Part shown: one piece after another, positions 18,909 to 28,935 of the stretch
Position numbering within the stretch: the stretch's first letter is position 1
How the letters are laid out: every line of letters starts with the position of its first letter
Assembly (NCBI GenBank): GCA_947259855.1
Contig: CAMYNV010000008.1
Span: 63,688-127,687 of the forward strand
Length of the DNA stretch: 64,000 nucleotides
Direction of reading: 5' to 3'
From: an uncultured Muriicola sp.
GTDB lineage: Bacteria; Bacteroidota; Bacteroidia; Flavobacteriales; Flavobacteriaceae
Position numbers and translations under genes: made by a program
Notes under the pieces: generated by a model
What the model saw: only the letters and a program-made list of their open reading frames with translations
Databases searched by the model: none
Told to the model about the DNA's origin: nothing

Positions 18909-19700
18909 GTGGAAGGCAAAATAACATTACAAGGAATACTGTTTGACGAGAAATCATCTTTCCTCAGGGGTCCGGCTATGGCGCCTCCGGAAATCCGGGC
19001 CGCATATCACAGTTCGTCTGCGAATTATTTTGCAGAAAATGGGATTGAAATAAGCCCTGATGTATTTGAAGATAAAGGAGATTTTAAAATTGATCAATAT
19101 CTTGATATTGAATCTATTACATCTACTAATTTAAACAAATATATACCTATATTAACCTTGGGTGGTGATCATTCTATTAGCTACCCTGTTTTTAAGGCGT
19201 TTCACAATGTTCATGGCCCTGTTGAAGTATTACATATAGATGCCCACGGAGATCTTTATGACAATTTTGATGGCGACAAATATTCACATGCATGTCCGTT
19301 TGCCAGGATCATGGAAGAAAAGTTGGCGAAAAGATTGGTTCAGATCGGGATACGCACCTTAAATACACATCAGCGGGAACAGGCAAAAAAGTTTGGTGTA
19401 GAAATAACGGAAATGAAAGATTTTGATCCTCACCACCTTACTGAATTTACAGGACCCATCTATCTTTCGGTAGATATGGATGCCTTAGACCCTGCTTATG
19501 CGCCGGGTGTTTCTCACCAGGAGCCTGGTGGGCTTAATACCCGTGATCTACTACATATAATACAATCCATTAAAGTGCCTATTCTGGGCGCTGATATCGT
19601 TGAATATAACCCAAAAAGGGATTTGAATAAAATGACCGCTATGGTAGCTGCTAAAATTTTAAGAGAAATTGCCGGGGTAATGCTCCGCAATCAAAACTGA
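18909..19700 (+). CDS. Ureohydrolase (arginase/agmatinase/formimidoylglutamase family)
   Basis: GGDHSIS, DAHGD and SVDMDALDP manganese-binding motifs. GTG start. Confidence 0.8.
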   Translation: MEGKITLQGILFDEKSSFLRGPAMAPPEIRAAYHSSSANYFAENGIEISPDVFEDKGDFKIDQYLDIESITSTNLNKYIPILTLGGDHSISYPVFKAFHNVHGPVEVLHIDAHGDLYDNFDGDKYSHACPFARIMEEKLAKRLVQIGIRTLNTHQREQAKKFGVEITEMKDFDPHHLTEFTGPIYLSVDMDALDPAYAPGVSHQEPGGLNTRDLLHIIQSIKVPILGADIVEYNPKRDLNKMTAMVAAKILREIAGVMLRNQN

Positions 19701-19709
19701 TAGCGTTGC

Positions 19710-20060
19710 CTATTCAGGATGCATAAAACGCTGCTTCCCAAGCAATACTTCTTCAGATTCTACATGATCCTCATCAGGCACACAACAATCTACCGGACAG
19801 ACCGCAGCACATTGTGGTTCTTCATGAAACCCCACACATTCTGTGCATTTATCGGGTGAAATATAGTATATCTCATCACTTATTGGTTCCTGTACTATGT
19901 CTGCATTTACTTTATTACCAGTAGGCAGAACAACTTCTCCTTTAAGGGAAGTTCCATCGCTGTACCTCCATTCATCCGCCCCTTCGTAAATCGCAGTATT
20001 GGGGCATTCTGGCTCACAGGCTCCGCAGTTTATGCATTCGTCAGTTATAATAATTGCCAT
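19710..20060 (-). CDS. 4Fe-4S dicluster ferredoxin
   Basis: 116 aa. [12 protein letters not shown] and CTECVGF...CAAVCP cysteine motifs. Confidence 0.85.
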   Translation of the reverse strand: MAIIITDECINCGACEPECPNTAIYEGADEWRYSDGTSLKGEVVLPTGNKVNADIVQEPISDEIYYISPDKCTECVGFHEEPQCAAVCPVDCCVPDEDHVESEEVLLGKQRFMHPE

Positions 20061-20186
20061 AATCTTCTTTTTCTTATTGAGAAATATCCCTCAAACCAGA
20101 ATCAAAAATAGTTTTCGGGTATATTTTTCTGCAGTTTCATACTTTTGCCGCAAAGGTAAATCCAAAACCTATCCTGAACAAGAATA

Positions 20187-21245
20187 ATGGCCGACTTTAC
20201 AAAAAGAATACAGGCATTTGCTAAACTTGGTGATTTCTTCCAGTTGTATTTGCAATATAGATTGGGCTCTGCTTCTCCTGCCGGGCAAACTAAAAGGTTT
20301 AAGGACTTTGATGAGATCATTGATAAGGCAGGTCATAAAAATGGATGGTTTACCCCGGATAATATTCACTATGCCTTAGATTCATGGGCGCAATTACTAA
20401 CAAAAGAATCCCTTTCTGAATGGTTGTCTGCCTATACCATCGAGAAGATACCTACAAAAAATGTAGCCATTATTATGGCAGGGAATATACCTTTGGTAGG
20501 GTTTCATGACCTTTTAGCAGTTCTTTTAACGGGTCATAAGGCAGTAATTAAACCGTCTTCCAATGATGTCGTTTTATTACCTTTCATTTTGGAAGTATTG
20601 CAAGATTTTGAACCAACCTTTAAAGAACGTATTGAAATGATCTCAGGACCTTTGAAAGGTTTTGATGCCGTTATCGCAACCGGTAGCAATAACACTTCGC
20701 GCTATTTTGAATATTATTTTGGTAAGAAACCCCATATTATTCGTAAAAATCGCAACAGCATTGCTGTTTTAAAAGGCACTGAAACCAATACTCAATTAAA
20801 GGCTTTGGGAGAAGATATATTTCGCTATTTCGGTTTAGGATGCAGGAGTGTAAGTAAACTCTTTGTGCCTGCAGGGTATGATTTTACCCCCTTCTTTAAG
20901 GCGATAGAATCTTTTGAGGGCCTTAAGGACCACCACAAATATGCCAACAACTATGATTACAACAAGGCGGTGTATCTCATGAGCGAGTTTCCATTTTTGG
21001 ATAATGGATTTTTTGTCCTTAAGGAAGACACGAATTATGCCTCTCCTATTGGAGCGGTCTTTTACGAACATTATGGATCTTTAAAGGAAGTATCGAATAC
21101 CCTGAACAAGGATAAAGATCAATTGCAATGCATTGTATCTGAAAATTTTATACCTGATGAGATTCGTTTTGGTGAAACACAAACGCCTAAATTATCAGAT
21201 TATGCAGATGGGGTTGATACTGTTGAATTCCTGTTAAAAACATAG
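20187..21245 (+). CDS. LuxC-like acyl-CoA reductase family protein
   Basis: 352 aa. Overall similarity pattern to the acyl-CoA reductase (LuxC) family commonly found beside serC in Flavobacteriia. Recognition is by recall, not by a sharp motif. Confidence 0.55.
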   Translation: MADFTKRIQAFAKLGDFFQLYLQYRLGSASPAGQTKRFKDFDEIIDKAGHKNGWFTPDNIHYALDSWAQLLTKESLSEWLSAYTIEKIPTKNVAIIMAGNIPLVGFHDLLAVLLTGHKAVIKPSSNDVVLLPFILEVLQDFEPTFKERIEMISGPLKGFDAVIATGSNNTSRYFEYYFGKKPHIIRKNRNSIAVLKGTETNTQLKALGEDIFRYFGLGCRSVSKLFVPAGYDFTPFFKAIESFEGLKDHHKYANNYDYNKAVYLMSEFPFLDNGFFVLKEDTNYASPIGAVFYEHYGSLKEVSNTLNKDKDQLQCIVSENFIPDEIRFGETQTPKLSDYADGVDTVEFLLKT

Positions 21246-21323
21246 TGCAATTATTCCCGATTTAACCCTGCTATCTCATCTTTATTTAGGACCTTTACGA
21301 CTGCAAAATTTGAAGCTAAGTAA

Positions 21324-22388
21324 ATGAAAAAACATAATTTTAGTGCAGGCCCCTGCATCCTGCCATCCGAGGTGATGCAAAAAGCGGCCGAAGCGGTAAT
21401 TGAGTTAGACGGTATAGGACTATCTTTAATTGAAATATCGCACCGTAGCAAGGAGTTCGTAGCAATCATGGAAAACGCCAGGTCTCTGGCTCTTGAATTG
21501 CTAGGCTTAGAAGGAAAAGGGTATCAGGCACTCTATCTCCAGGGAGGAGCGAGCCTTCAATTCCTGATGGTTGCTTATAATTTATTGGAAAATAAAGCGG
21601 GCTATATCACAACAGGAACATGGAGTTCCAATGCCTTAAAAGAGGCCAAATTAGTGGGCAATGCCCTTGAATTAGCTACTTCAAAAGATAAAAATTTCAA
21701 TTATATCCCCAGGGATTTCGAAATTCCTAAAGACCTGGACTATCTTCATATAACTTCCAACAATACCATTTTTGGAACGCAGATCAAAGATTTTCCATCT
21801 GGCAGCAGTCCTATGGTTTGCGATATGAGTTCAGATATCTTTTCGCGCCAATTAGATTTTTCCAAATTCGATCTTATTTATGCAGGGGCCCAAAAGAATA
21901 TGGGTCCGGCAGGCACTACGCTGGTAGTAGTTAAAGAGGATTTGCTAGGGAAAGTATCGCGTAAAATACCGTCCATGCTAGATTACAAGGTACATATAAC
22001 AAAAGACAGCATGTTCAATACACCGGCAGTATTCCCGGTCTATGTTTCTATGTTGACACTTCAGTGGTTAAAAAACCTGGGGGGTATTGAAACAATTGAA
22101 GAAATAAATGAGAAAAAGGCAAAACTGATCTATTCTGAAATAGATCTGAATCCACTTTTTCAAGGGTTTGCAAAAAAGGAAGATCGCTCTAATATGAATG
22201 CAACCTTTACCTTAACCGATGAGAAATTAAAAGATACGTTCGATACGATGTGGAAAGATGCAGGTATTAATGGACTTAGCGGACATCGTTCCGTGGGTGG
22301 ATATCGCGCTTCCATGTACAACGCGCTTTCACTTGAAAGTGTCGGGGTGTTGGTCGATATAATGAGCGACCTAGAACGAAAAGCTTAG
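21324..22388 (+). CDS. serC: 3-phosphoserine aminotransferase
   Basis: 354 aa. N-terminal HNFSAGPCILP, and GAQKNMGPAGTTLVVV containing the PLP lysine context. Confidence 0.9.
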   Translation: MKKHNFSAGPCILPSEVMQKAAEAVIELDGIGLSLIEISHRSKEFVAIMENARSLALELLGLEGKGYQALYLQGGASLQFLMVAYNLLENKAGYITTGTWSSNALKEAKLVGNALELATSKDKNFNYIPRDFEIPKDLDYLHITSNNTIFGTQIKDFPSGSSPMVCDMSSDIFSRQLDFSKFDLIYAGAQKNMGPAGTTLVVVKEDLLGKVSRKIPSMLDYKVHITKDSMFNTPAVFPVYVSMLTLQWLKNLGGIETIEEINEKKAKLIYSEIDLNPLFQGFAKKEDRSNMNATFTLTDEKLKDTFDTMWKDAGINGLSGHRSVGGYRASMYNALSLESVGVLVDIMSDLERKA

Positions 22389-22440
22389 GGAATGCTAGCA
22401 TAGCGTAATCAATAATGAACATAGTATATAACGATTAAAA

Positions 22441-23397
22441 ATGAGTAAGAAAATACTAGCCAATGATGGTATTTCTCAAAACGGAATTGCAGCTCTTGAA
22501 GCTGCGGGTTTTGAGGTTATCACAACAACAGTGGCTCAGGAACAATTGGCAAATTTTATCAATGAGAACAACATTGTTGGCCTCCTGGTGCGAAGTGCCA
22601 CTCAGGTTCGAAAAGAGACGATAGATGCCTGTCCCGGGCTTAAACTTATAGGTCGCGGTGGAGTGGGAATGGATAATATTGATGTAGACTATGCCAAAGG
22701 AAAGGGCATCCATGTGATCAATACCCCTGCTTCATCTTCAGAGTCAGTTGCAGAGTTGGTTTTTGCACATTTATTTGGTGGGGTCCGTTTTTTATATGAT
22801 GCCAACAGGAATATGCCCTTAGAGGGGGATAAAAATTTCCAGATCCTTAAAAAGAACTATGCCAAAGGCACAGAATTGCGTGGTAAAACTTTAGGGGTAC
22901 TGGGATTCGGACGAATTGGTCAGGCTACCGCTAAAATAGCTTTGGGTATTGGCATGAAAGTAGTCTATCATGACCCGTTTATAGAAAAAGCAACGGTGAA
23001 GGTACCCTTTTATGATGGTCGTTCCATAGATTTCTCCTTTGAGAGTATATCCAAAGAAGAAGTATTAAAGACTTCCAATTTTATTACCCTGCATGTGCCT
23101 GCCCAAAAAGAATATGTAATTGGAAAACAAGAATTAGATATGTTGCAGAACGGTGTCGGATTGGTGAATGCAGCAAGGGGAGGTGTTATTGATGAAGTGG
23201 CTCTTGTTGATGCTATAGACAGGGGTAAAGTTTCTTTTGCCGGACTGGATGTGTTTGAATCCGAGCCTTCTCCTGAGATCAGGATCCTTATGCATCCGAA
23301 GATCTCATTGTCTCCCCATATAGGGGCCGCAACAGGCGAAGCACAGGACAGAATTGGCACAGAATTGGCAGAGCAAATAAAACAGCTATTAAATTAA
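22441..23397 (+). CDS. serA: D-3-phosphoglycerate dehydrogenase (short D-2-hydroxyacid dehydrogenase type)
   Basis: 318 aa. GVLGFGRIGQATA NAD-binding motif, catalytic-region motif PHIGAAT, position next to serC. Confidence 0.8.
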   Translation: MSKKILANDGISQNGIAALEAAGFEVITTTVAQEQLANFINENNIVGLLVRSATQVRKETIDACPGLKLIGRGGVGMDNIDVDYAKGKGIHVINTPASSSESVAELVFAHLFGGVRFLYDANRNMPLEGDKNFQILKKNYAKGTELRGKTLGVLGFGRIGQATAKIALGIGMKVVYHDPFIEKATVKVPFYDGRSIDFSFESISKEEVLKTSNFITLHVPAQKEYVIGKQELDMLQNGVGLVNAARGGVIDEVALVDAIDRGKVSFAGLDVFESEPSPEIRILMHPKISLSPHIGAATGEAQDRIGTELAEQIKQLLN

Positions 23398-23465
23398 TTA
23401 ATAAGCTGATTAGAAAATATTAGAAATTCATTTATTCATACTTTAATTATAACAACGAACTAATT

Positions 23466-24098
23466 ATGTCAGGATTATTAGATTTACTAAGTAGCCCCAT
23501 GGGCAAGCAATTGATCAGCGGAGTGGCCGGTCAGACCAAACAACCAGAGGATAAAACCGCCGATGTGTTAAGCATGGCAATGCCGCTTTTATTAGGAGCG
23601 ATGAAAAAAAACACTGCTAACCCAAAAGATGCGGAAGGACTTATGAACGCACTTTCCTCAAAACACGACGGAAGTATATTAGACAATTTAGGAGGCTTAT
23701 TCCAGGGAGGTGTCGATAATAACGTAATGAAAGATGGCGCAGGAATACTAGGGCATGTATTTGGAAAAAAACAGGCAAATGTTGAAAATGTCCTAAGTCA
23801 GAAATCAGGGGTAGATGCAGGAAGTGTGGCCGATATTTTGAAGATAGCTGCACCTATTGTCATGGGTTTCCTTGGCAGACAGAAAGCCCAATCTAATGTA
23901 AGTGATGCTAATGGTCTTAATTCCCTTTTAGGATCCATGCTTGGGGGACAACCTCAGCAAAATCAAAGTTTGATCATGAGTCTTTTAGATGCAGATGGTG
24001 ATGGAAGCGTTTTAGACGATGTGGCCGGCATGGTTTTAGGATCTAAGAAGAAGAAAGGTGGTCTTGGCGGATTGCTGGGAGGCCTTTTTGGAAAATAA
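23466..24098 (+). CDS. DUF937-like Gly-rich protein
   Basis: 210 aa. MSGLLDLLSSPMGKQLISGVA..., repeated LGG/GG motifs and DADGDGSVLDD, resembling DUF937. Confidence 0.5.
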   Translation: MSGLLDLLSSPMGKQLISGVAGQTKQPEDKTADVLSMAMPLLLGAMKKNTANPKDAEGLMNALSSKHDGSILDNLGGLFQGGVDNNVMKDGAGILGHVFGKKQANVENVLSQKSGVDAGSVADILKIAAPIVMGFLGRQKAQSNVSDANGLNSLLGSMLGGQPQQNQSLIMSLLDADGDGSVLDDVAGMVLGSKKKKGGLGGLLGGLFGK

Positions 24099-24126
24099 CA
24101 GGTATTATTTAACCTTATTTAACAAG

Positions 24127-24155
24127 ACCATTTGCCAACGCAAATGGTTTTTTTG
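24127..24155 (+). terminator. Rho-independent terminator
   Basis: ACCATTTGC-caac-GCAAATGGT followed by TTTTTTT. Confidence 0.75.
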
Positions 24156-24184
24156 TATCTTCTAAATAGATAAAATCATGGTTT

Positions 24185-24643
24185 ATGAAAAAATTTAAGT
24201 TGACCTACTTTTTAGGCATAATAGCAATAGCATTGTTTATTGGTAGTTGTTCTTCAACGAAAAAAAGGGTCGAAATCAGCGATGAAGAAAAGACGGTCTT
24301 TAATCAGTCAAAAACAGATACCGTAGAAATCGCAGATCCTGAATCGAACTATGAGATCATAATTATTGAACCGGGCTTTAACACGTGGTTACTATCCGTA
24401 GCGAGGCCTGAAGGCTATTATTCACAGTCATTTTTGGAAAACAGAAACCAACTCTATGTCATAGAATGGAACAATAGGGTAATGAATCCAATTAGATATA
24501 ATCCCCGGTTGTATGAACTTCAAATTAATTATGAATCCAATATAGATTATGGGTACGAAGTGAATTATAAACTCTATAATTATTTTATTTATTTTCAACG
24601 AAAGTATAATCAGCGCCTGGGTCCCTTTATTCCCAGAATTTAA
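24185..24643 (+). CDS. Lipoprotein, unknown function
   Basis: MKKFKLTYFLGIIAIALFIGSCSS signal/lipobox. 152 aa. Confidence 0.6.
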   Translation: MKKFKLTYFLGIIAIALFIGSCSSTKKRVEISDEEKTVFNQSKTDTVEIADPESNYEIIIIEPGFNTWLLSVARPEGYYSQSFLENRNQLYVIEWNNRVMNPIRYNPRLYELQINYESNIDYGYEVNYKLYNYFIYFQRKYNQRLGPFIPRI

Positions 24644-24677
24644 TTGAATATCTTTGCCTGCGTTTGTTGTTACTAGA

Positions 24678-24995
24678 ATGGAAAAAATAAAAAAATACTG
24701 GGGGATCTCCTCTACTTTTCAACTGATCGTTATCTTCATTGTCTTTGCAATCACAGGCTCTGCGGCTGTATATGTGGCCAAGCCATTTTTAAATTGGGTA
24801 GGACTTCAAAGAGAAGGATTTCCTGATGTTTGGTGGAGTGGATGGGTGTATTGGTCGCTGCGGATCTTACTAATATTCCCCTTTTATCAGGTATTACTGG
24901 TCCTTTTTGGCTGGATATTTGGACAATTCACTTTCTTCTGGAATTTTGAAAAAAAGATGCTAAAACGCATGGGGCTTGGGTTCCTATTTAATTAA
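24678..24995 (+). CDS. Small two-to-three-TM membrane protein
   Basis: ATG at 24678 (MEKIKKYWG...) preferred over the TTG at 24654. Hydrophobic helices. Confidence 0.5.
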   Translation: MEKIKKYWGISSTFQLIVIFIVFAITGSAAVYVAKPFLNWVGLQREGFPDVWWSGWVYWSLRILLIFPFYQVLLVLFGWIFGQFTFFWNFEKKMLKRMGLGFLFN

Positions 24996-25045
24996 TTGTA
25001 GTTTCTTTAACATTTTTCAAACGCATTATTCAATTAATTTGCATT

Positions 25046-25378
25046 GTGCTTAATACTTTGAAGAATATTGGTTTAAATCTGATCGCGGTCCTCCTGATCT
25101 TTTCTATGGGTCTTCCTTCGTACCTCAAAATAGACCATGCTTTAAATGACCATAAAACTCTGGAATGCGATCAAAGTATTCCTATTCACATTCATGAAGC
25201 CGAATTCAATTGTGAATTTCACAATCTGTCCCTTACCAAACAATTCTATCCTACTTTTGAATCACTACCAATATATGGCCTAAATTACGTTGATGTAAGA
25301 ACCTTATCTTACCATAAAGTTATTAAGCCGCAATACTCCCACTACTTTTCACTTAGAGCGCCTCCCGCAAGCGTTTAG
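25046..25378 (+). CDS. Small N-terminally anchored His-rich protein upstream of the TonB-dependent receptor
   Basis: 110 aa with GTG start (uncertain). One TM helix, then DHALNDHKTLECDQSIPIHIHEAEFNCEFH. Ends 49 nt before the receptor gene. Confidence 0.4.
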   Translation: MLNTLKNIGLNLIAVLLIFSMGLPSYLKIDHALNDHKTLECDQSIPIHIHEAEFNCEFHNLSLTKQFYPTFESLPIYGLNYVDVRTLSYHKVIKPQYSHYFSLRAPPASV

Positions 25379-25427
25379 TTTCATTTGTTTTTGACTACAT
25401 TCTTTTACTGTTTAAAATTATTAAAAT

Positions 25428-27653
25428 ATGAAAGCACAGCTTGCATTTCTATTTACCCTTTTATCTGCCACAATCTATTCCCAAAATTCGATCCAGGGCA
25501 ACGTTCTTAACTCCGATACCGGCGAACCTCTATATCAGGTATCGGTATACTTTCCGCAATTGGAAATAGGGGCTGTAACTAATGAAAATGGCTTATACGA
25601 GCTAGGTAATCTCCCTTCCGGGGAATTTAAGATCCTTGCCTCCTATCTTGGCTATCAAACCTTTTCATCTTCGATTAATATTAAGAACGGTATTAATACT
25701 TTTGATATTGAGCTTATACCAAGCGCCATTGAAATGGAGGAAGTTATAGTATCTACGCCCTTCCATAAGCTACAGCGGGAAAATGTGATGAAGGTTGAAC
25801 AGGAAAAGATCACAAATTTAAAAACCAATGGGGCCATCACTTTATCGGACGGTATTAGCAGCATTGCAGGCGTAGAAACAGTATCTACTGGAGTCGGGAT
25901 CGGTAAGCCGGTTATTCGCGGATTAAGTTCTAACCGGGTCCTGGTATATACGCAGGGGATTCGATTGGAAAACCAGCAGTTTGGGGATGAACATGGCCTG
26001 GGTATAAGCGATGCCGGGATAGAAAGTGTAGAAGTCATTAAAGGCCCGGCCTCGTTGCTTTACGGATCCGATGCCCTTGGAGGGGTCTTGTATCTCAATC
26101 CTGAAAAATTTGCAAATGCCGCCAAAAATGAAGGGGATGTTAACCTTAATTATTTTTCAAATACGGAAGGTGTTTCCTCAAATCTGGGTTTTAAGACATC
26201 AAGCGAAAAATTTAAATACTTAGTTCGTGCGGGCATTGCATCTCATATAGATTATAAAAATGGAGATAATGAGCGGGTTACGAATTCCAGATTTAGGGAA
26301 TATGACTTAAAAACCGGGATAGGATATCAATCCGGGTATTTTAAGACCGAGATTCGGTACAATTACAATAAATCTGATCTTGGCATACCTGAAGAAATTG
26401 GGTTACAAACCAAAGAACGAACCCCAGACAACCCCTATCAGGAACTACAAAGTCATATCCTAAGCAGTACCACGGATCTTTTCATGAATGAGTCCAGTTT
26501 AAAAGTGACCTTAGGATACATTTTCAATGATCGTAAAGAATATGAGGAGCTTGCTGCGGGGAATGGGATACCGGCACTGGACATGAATTTGTCGACTGTT
26601 AATTATAATGTACAATATCACTTACCAAAAATAAAGCGCCTTGAGACCATTGTAGGCATTCAGGGAATGCATCAAACCAACAAAAACTTTGGGGAAGAAG
26701 TTTTGATCCCGGATGCCACTACAAATGATTTTGGAATACTAGCCACTTCGCACCTGCATTATACCGGGAGTGATGTTCAGGCCGGTATCCGGTACGATTA
26801 CCGTACCATTTCAGGAGAAGAAAACGGTGTTTTTGGCCAGGAAGGCTATATTGGACCGTTGGACCGTAATTTTAGCAGCCTTAACGCTGCCTTGGGGTAT
26901 CGCGCCGATATTTCAAAAAAGTTAGTTGGCCGTGTTAACCTGGCATCCGGATTCAGAGCACCCAATCTGGCCGAACTTACCTCCAATGGAATACATGAAG
27001 GCACCAATCGTTTCGAGATTGGAAACCCAGATCTAAAGAATGAAAAAAATGTCCAAATTGACCTGTCCATTGAGTTTACGGATGAACATTTTGAATTTTT
27101 TATAAACGGCTTTCACAATGCGGTAAAAGATTATGTCTACCTGGAACCCAATGGCGAATTTGCAGAAGGCAACCCCGTTTTTTTATACAGACAACAAGAT
27201 GCCGCGCTTTATGGCGGGGAAATCGGAATTCATTTGCATCCACATCCGCTGGATTGGCTCCATATAGAAAGTACTTTTGAAACCGTTACGGGAAAGCTTT
27301 CATCCGATGAAAATTTACCGCTGATTCCGGCCAACACTTTTACAAATACACTCAGAATTGAGGATGCCAGGCCAAATAACAGCTGGCTTAGTAAAAAGTA
27401 TGCCTATCTAACATTGCGAACGGTTTTTGATCAGAATAAGGTAAGTTCATTTGAAACACCCACCCCAGGATACAACCTCATAAATATGGGCTTAGGCGCT
27501 TCAGTTTCACTCTTTGGTAAAAATATGGACGTTCGAATAAGCGTAAACAACCTGTTCGATAAAAATTATATTTCGCACTTATCGCGTCTGAAAGTAGACG
27601 GTATCTCCAATATTGGCAGGAACATAAGTTTAGGTATACATTTACCTATTTAG
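25428..27653 (+). CDS. TonB-dependent outer-membrane receptor with N-terminal CarboxypepD_reg-like domain
   Basis: 741 aa. Signal peptide, IQGNVLNSDTGEPLYQVSVYF (carboxypeptidase-regulatory fold), plug (VIRGLSSNRVLVYTQGIRLENQQFGDEHG), C-terminal beta-barrel. Confidence 0.9.
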   Translation: MKAQLAFLFTLLSATIYSQNSIQGNVLNSDTGEPLYQVSVYFPQLEIGAVTNENGLYELGNLPSGEFKILASYLGYQTFSSSINIKNGINTFDIELIPSAIEMEEVIVSTPFHKLQRENVMKVEQEKITNLKTNGAITLSDGISSIAGVETVSTGVGIGKPVIRGLSSNRVLVYTQGIRLENQQFGDEHGLGISDAGIESVEVIKGPASLLYGSDALGGVLYLNPEKFANAAKNEGDVNLNYFSNTEGVSSNLGFKTSSEKFKYLVRAGIASHIDYKNGDNERVTNSRFREYDLKTGIGYQSGYFKTEIRYNYNKSDLGIPEEIGLQTKERTPDNPYQELQSHILSSTTDLFMNESSLKVTLGYIFNDRKEYEELAAGNGIPALDMNLSTVNYNVQYHLPKIKRLETIVGIQGMHQTNKNFGEEVLIPDATTNDFGILATSHLHYTGSDVQAGIRYDYRTISGEENGVFGQEGYIGPLDRNFSSLNAALGYRADISKKLVGRVNLASGFRAPNLAELTSNGIHEGTNRFEIGNPDLKNEKNVQIDLSIEFTDEHFEFFINGFHNAVKDYVYLEPNGEFAEGNPVFLYRQQDAALYGGEIGIHLHPHPLDWLHIESTFETVTGKLSSDENLPLIPANTFTNTLRIEDARPNNSWLSKKYAYLTLRTVFDQNKVSSFETPTPGYNLINMGLGASVSLFGKNMDVRISVNNLFDKNYISHLSRLKVDGISNIGRNISLGIHLPI

Positions 27654-27679
27654 CATGTAATTTATGCTGGTGGAGTTAT

Positions 27680-27982
27680 TTATTTATGGTCCGCTTTTAT
27701 CATTTTATCGGCCCGTGACCAGGAAAATATATAGGTATATATCCACATGATGGTAAAAGTTGGGAGTACATCCATTCCCGGAAGTAGTTCCTCGATAAAT
27801 GTTACGACCCCGGCGGCCTGTCCTATTCTACCCTTGTACATACGGGTCATGAGCCAACCTGCGAGAGGAGCCCATATAATATCTGAAAACTCACCGATGC
27901 CAGGGATAATGAATGATGCCATCCCAATGGCATCGAATAACAGTCCAACAAATAGGTAGCGTATTTTGTTTTGAGGTTCCAT
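27680..27982 (-). CDS. Small membrane protein (DUF4112-like)
   Basis: ATG at 27982 (MEPQNKIRY...) preferred; the track start at 28018 is TTG. Motif FSDIIWAPLAGWLM. Confidence 0.55.
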   Translation of the reverse strand: MEPQNKIRYLFVGLLFDAIGMASFIIPGIGEFSDIIWAPLAGWLMTRMYKGRIGQAAGVVTFIEELLPGMDVLPTFTIMWIYTYIFSWSRADKMIKADHK

Positions 27983-28051
27983 TGAAGCTAATTTAGGTAA
28001 ACCCCAATGAACGCACAAAAGTATTTAAGACCCAGAATTCGAAATTGAGAG

Positions 28052-28651
28052 TTAAGAAAGTTTGGAACTGATCAGTTTTAAAAACTCATTCCTGGTTTCA
28101 ATTTTTTCGAACTGACCCCTGAAACCGGAAGTTGTGGTTACGGAATTTTGTTTTTGAACTCCACGCATCATCATGCACATATGCGCAGCTTCGATAACTA
28201 CAGCTGCTCCTTTTGGCTTAAGAGTGTTATTAATACACTCCAAAATATCATGCGTTAGGCGCTCCTGTACCTGCAGTCTTCTGGCAAATATATCTACAAC
28301 CCGTGGAATTTTACTTAAACCCACGATCTGTCCGTCCGGGATGTAGGCAATATGAGCTTTCCCAAAAAACGGAAGGATATGATGCTCACACAGGGAATAT
28401 ACCTCAATGTCCTTAATGATAACCATCTCATCATAATCTTCTGCGAACATGGCACTTTCTAGGATCTCAACAGGGTCTTGTTTATACCCTTGTGTTAAAA
28501 AAAGCATGGCTTTGGCAGCCCGTTCGGGAGTTTTTTTCAATCCTTCACGGTCCAGGTCCTCCCCTATACCGTCGAGGATTTTTGAATACCGTTCTTTTAC
28601 TTCGTTAGTAACTTCAATATTGTATTCTTCCAAATTCTGATATGGTGCCAT
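28052..28651 (-). CDS. folE: GTP cyclohydrolase I
   Basis: 199 aa. [18 protein letters not shown] and HMCMMMRGV signatures. Confidence 0.95.
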   Translation of the reverse strand: MAPYQNLEEYNIEVTNEVKERYSKILDGIGEDLDREGLKKTPERAAKAMLFLTQGYKQDPVEILESAMFAEDYDEMVIIKDIEVYSLCEHHILPFFGKAHIAYIPDGQIVGLSKIPRVVDIFARRLQVQERLTHDILECINNTLKPKGAAVVIEAAHMCMMMRGVQKQNSVTTTSGFRGQFEKIETRNEFLKLISSKLS

Positions 28652-28935
28652 AAATTCAATTGTATTGTAGAAACTATTGGGTTTCCTTTAACTGTTTACT
28701 TTTTTTAATATATTCTTAAACAAATTTACATAAATATATACTGTATATACCAATTTAACGTATAATTAGCTTTGGTACAAGGGAAGTCGCATTCCTATTT
28801 CAAAGTCCTCTTGAATTAGTACACTTCCCGCATTTTTACACGCAAGGTTCATTACTTTTTCAAGGATGGCAAACCAGCCCCAATATTTTGTAATATTAGG
28901 GGTATTGTTTACTTTCATCCCCTAATAAAAAATGA

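Noticed and set aside
28652-28935. Possible riboswitch or structured leader in the 284-nt divergent region between folE and lolD (hairpins GGGAAGT...ACTTCCC and CCCCAATATT-ttgt-AATATTAGGGG).
   Set aside because: I could not match it to THF, preQ1 or any other riboswitch consensus by eye. The stems are short or have long loops. It needs a covariance-model scan (Infernal/Rfam) before it can be claimed.
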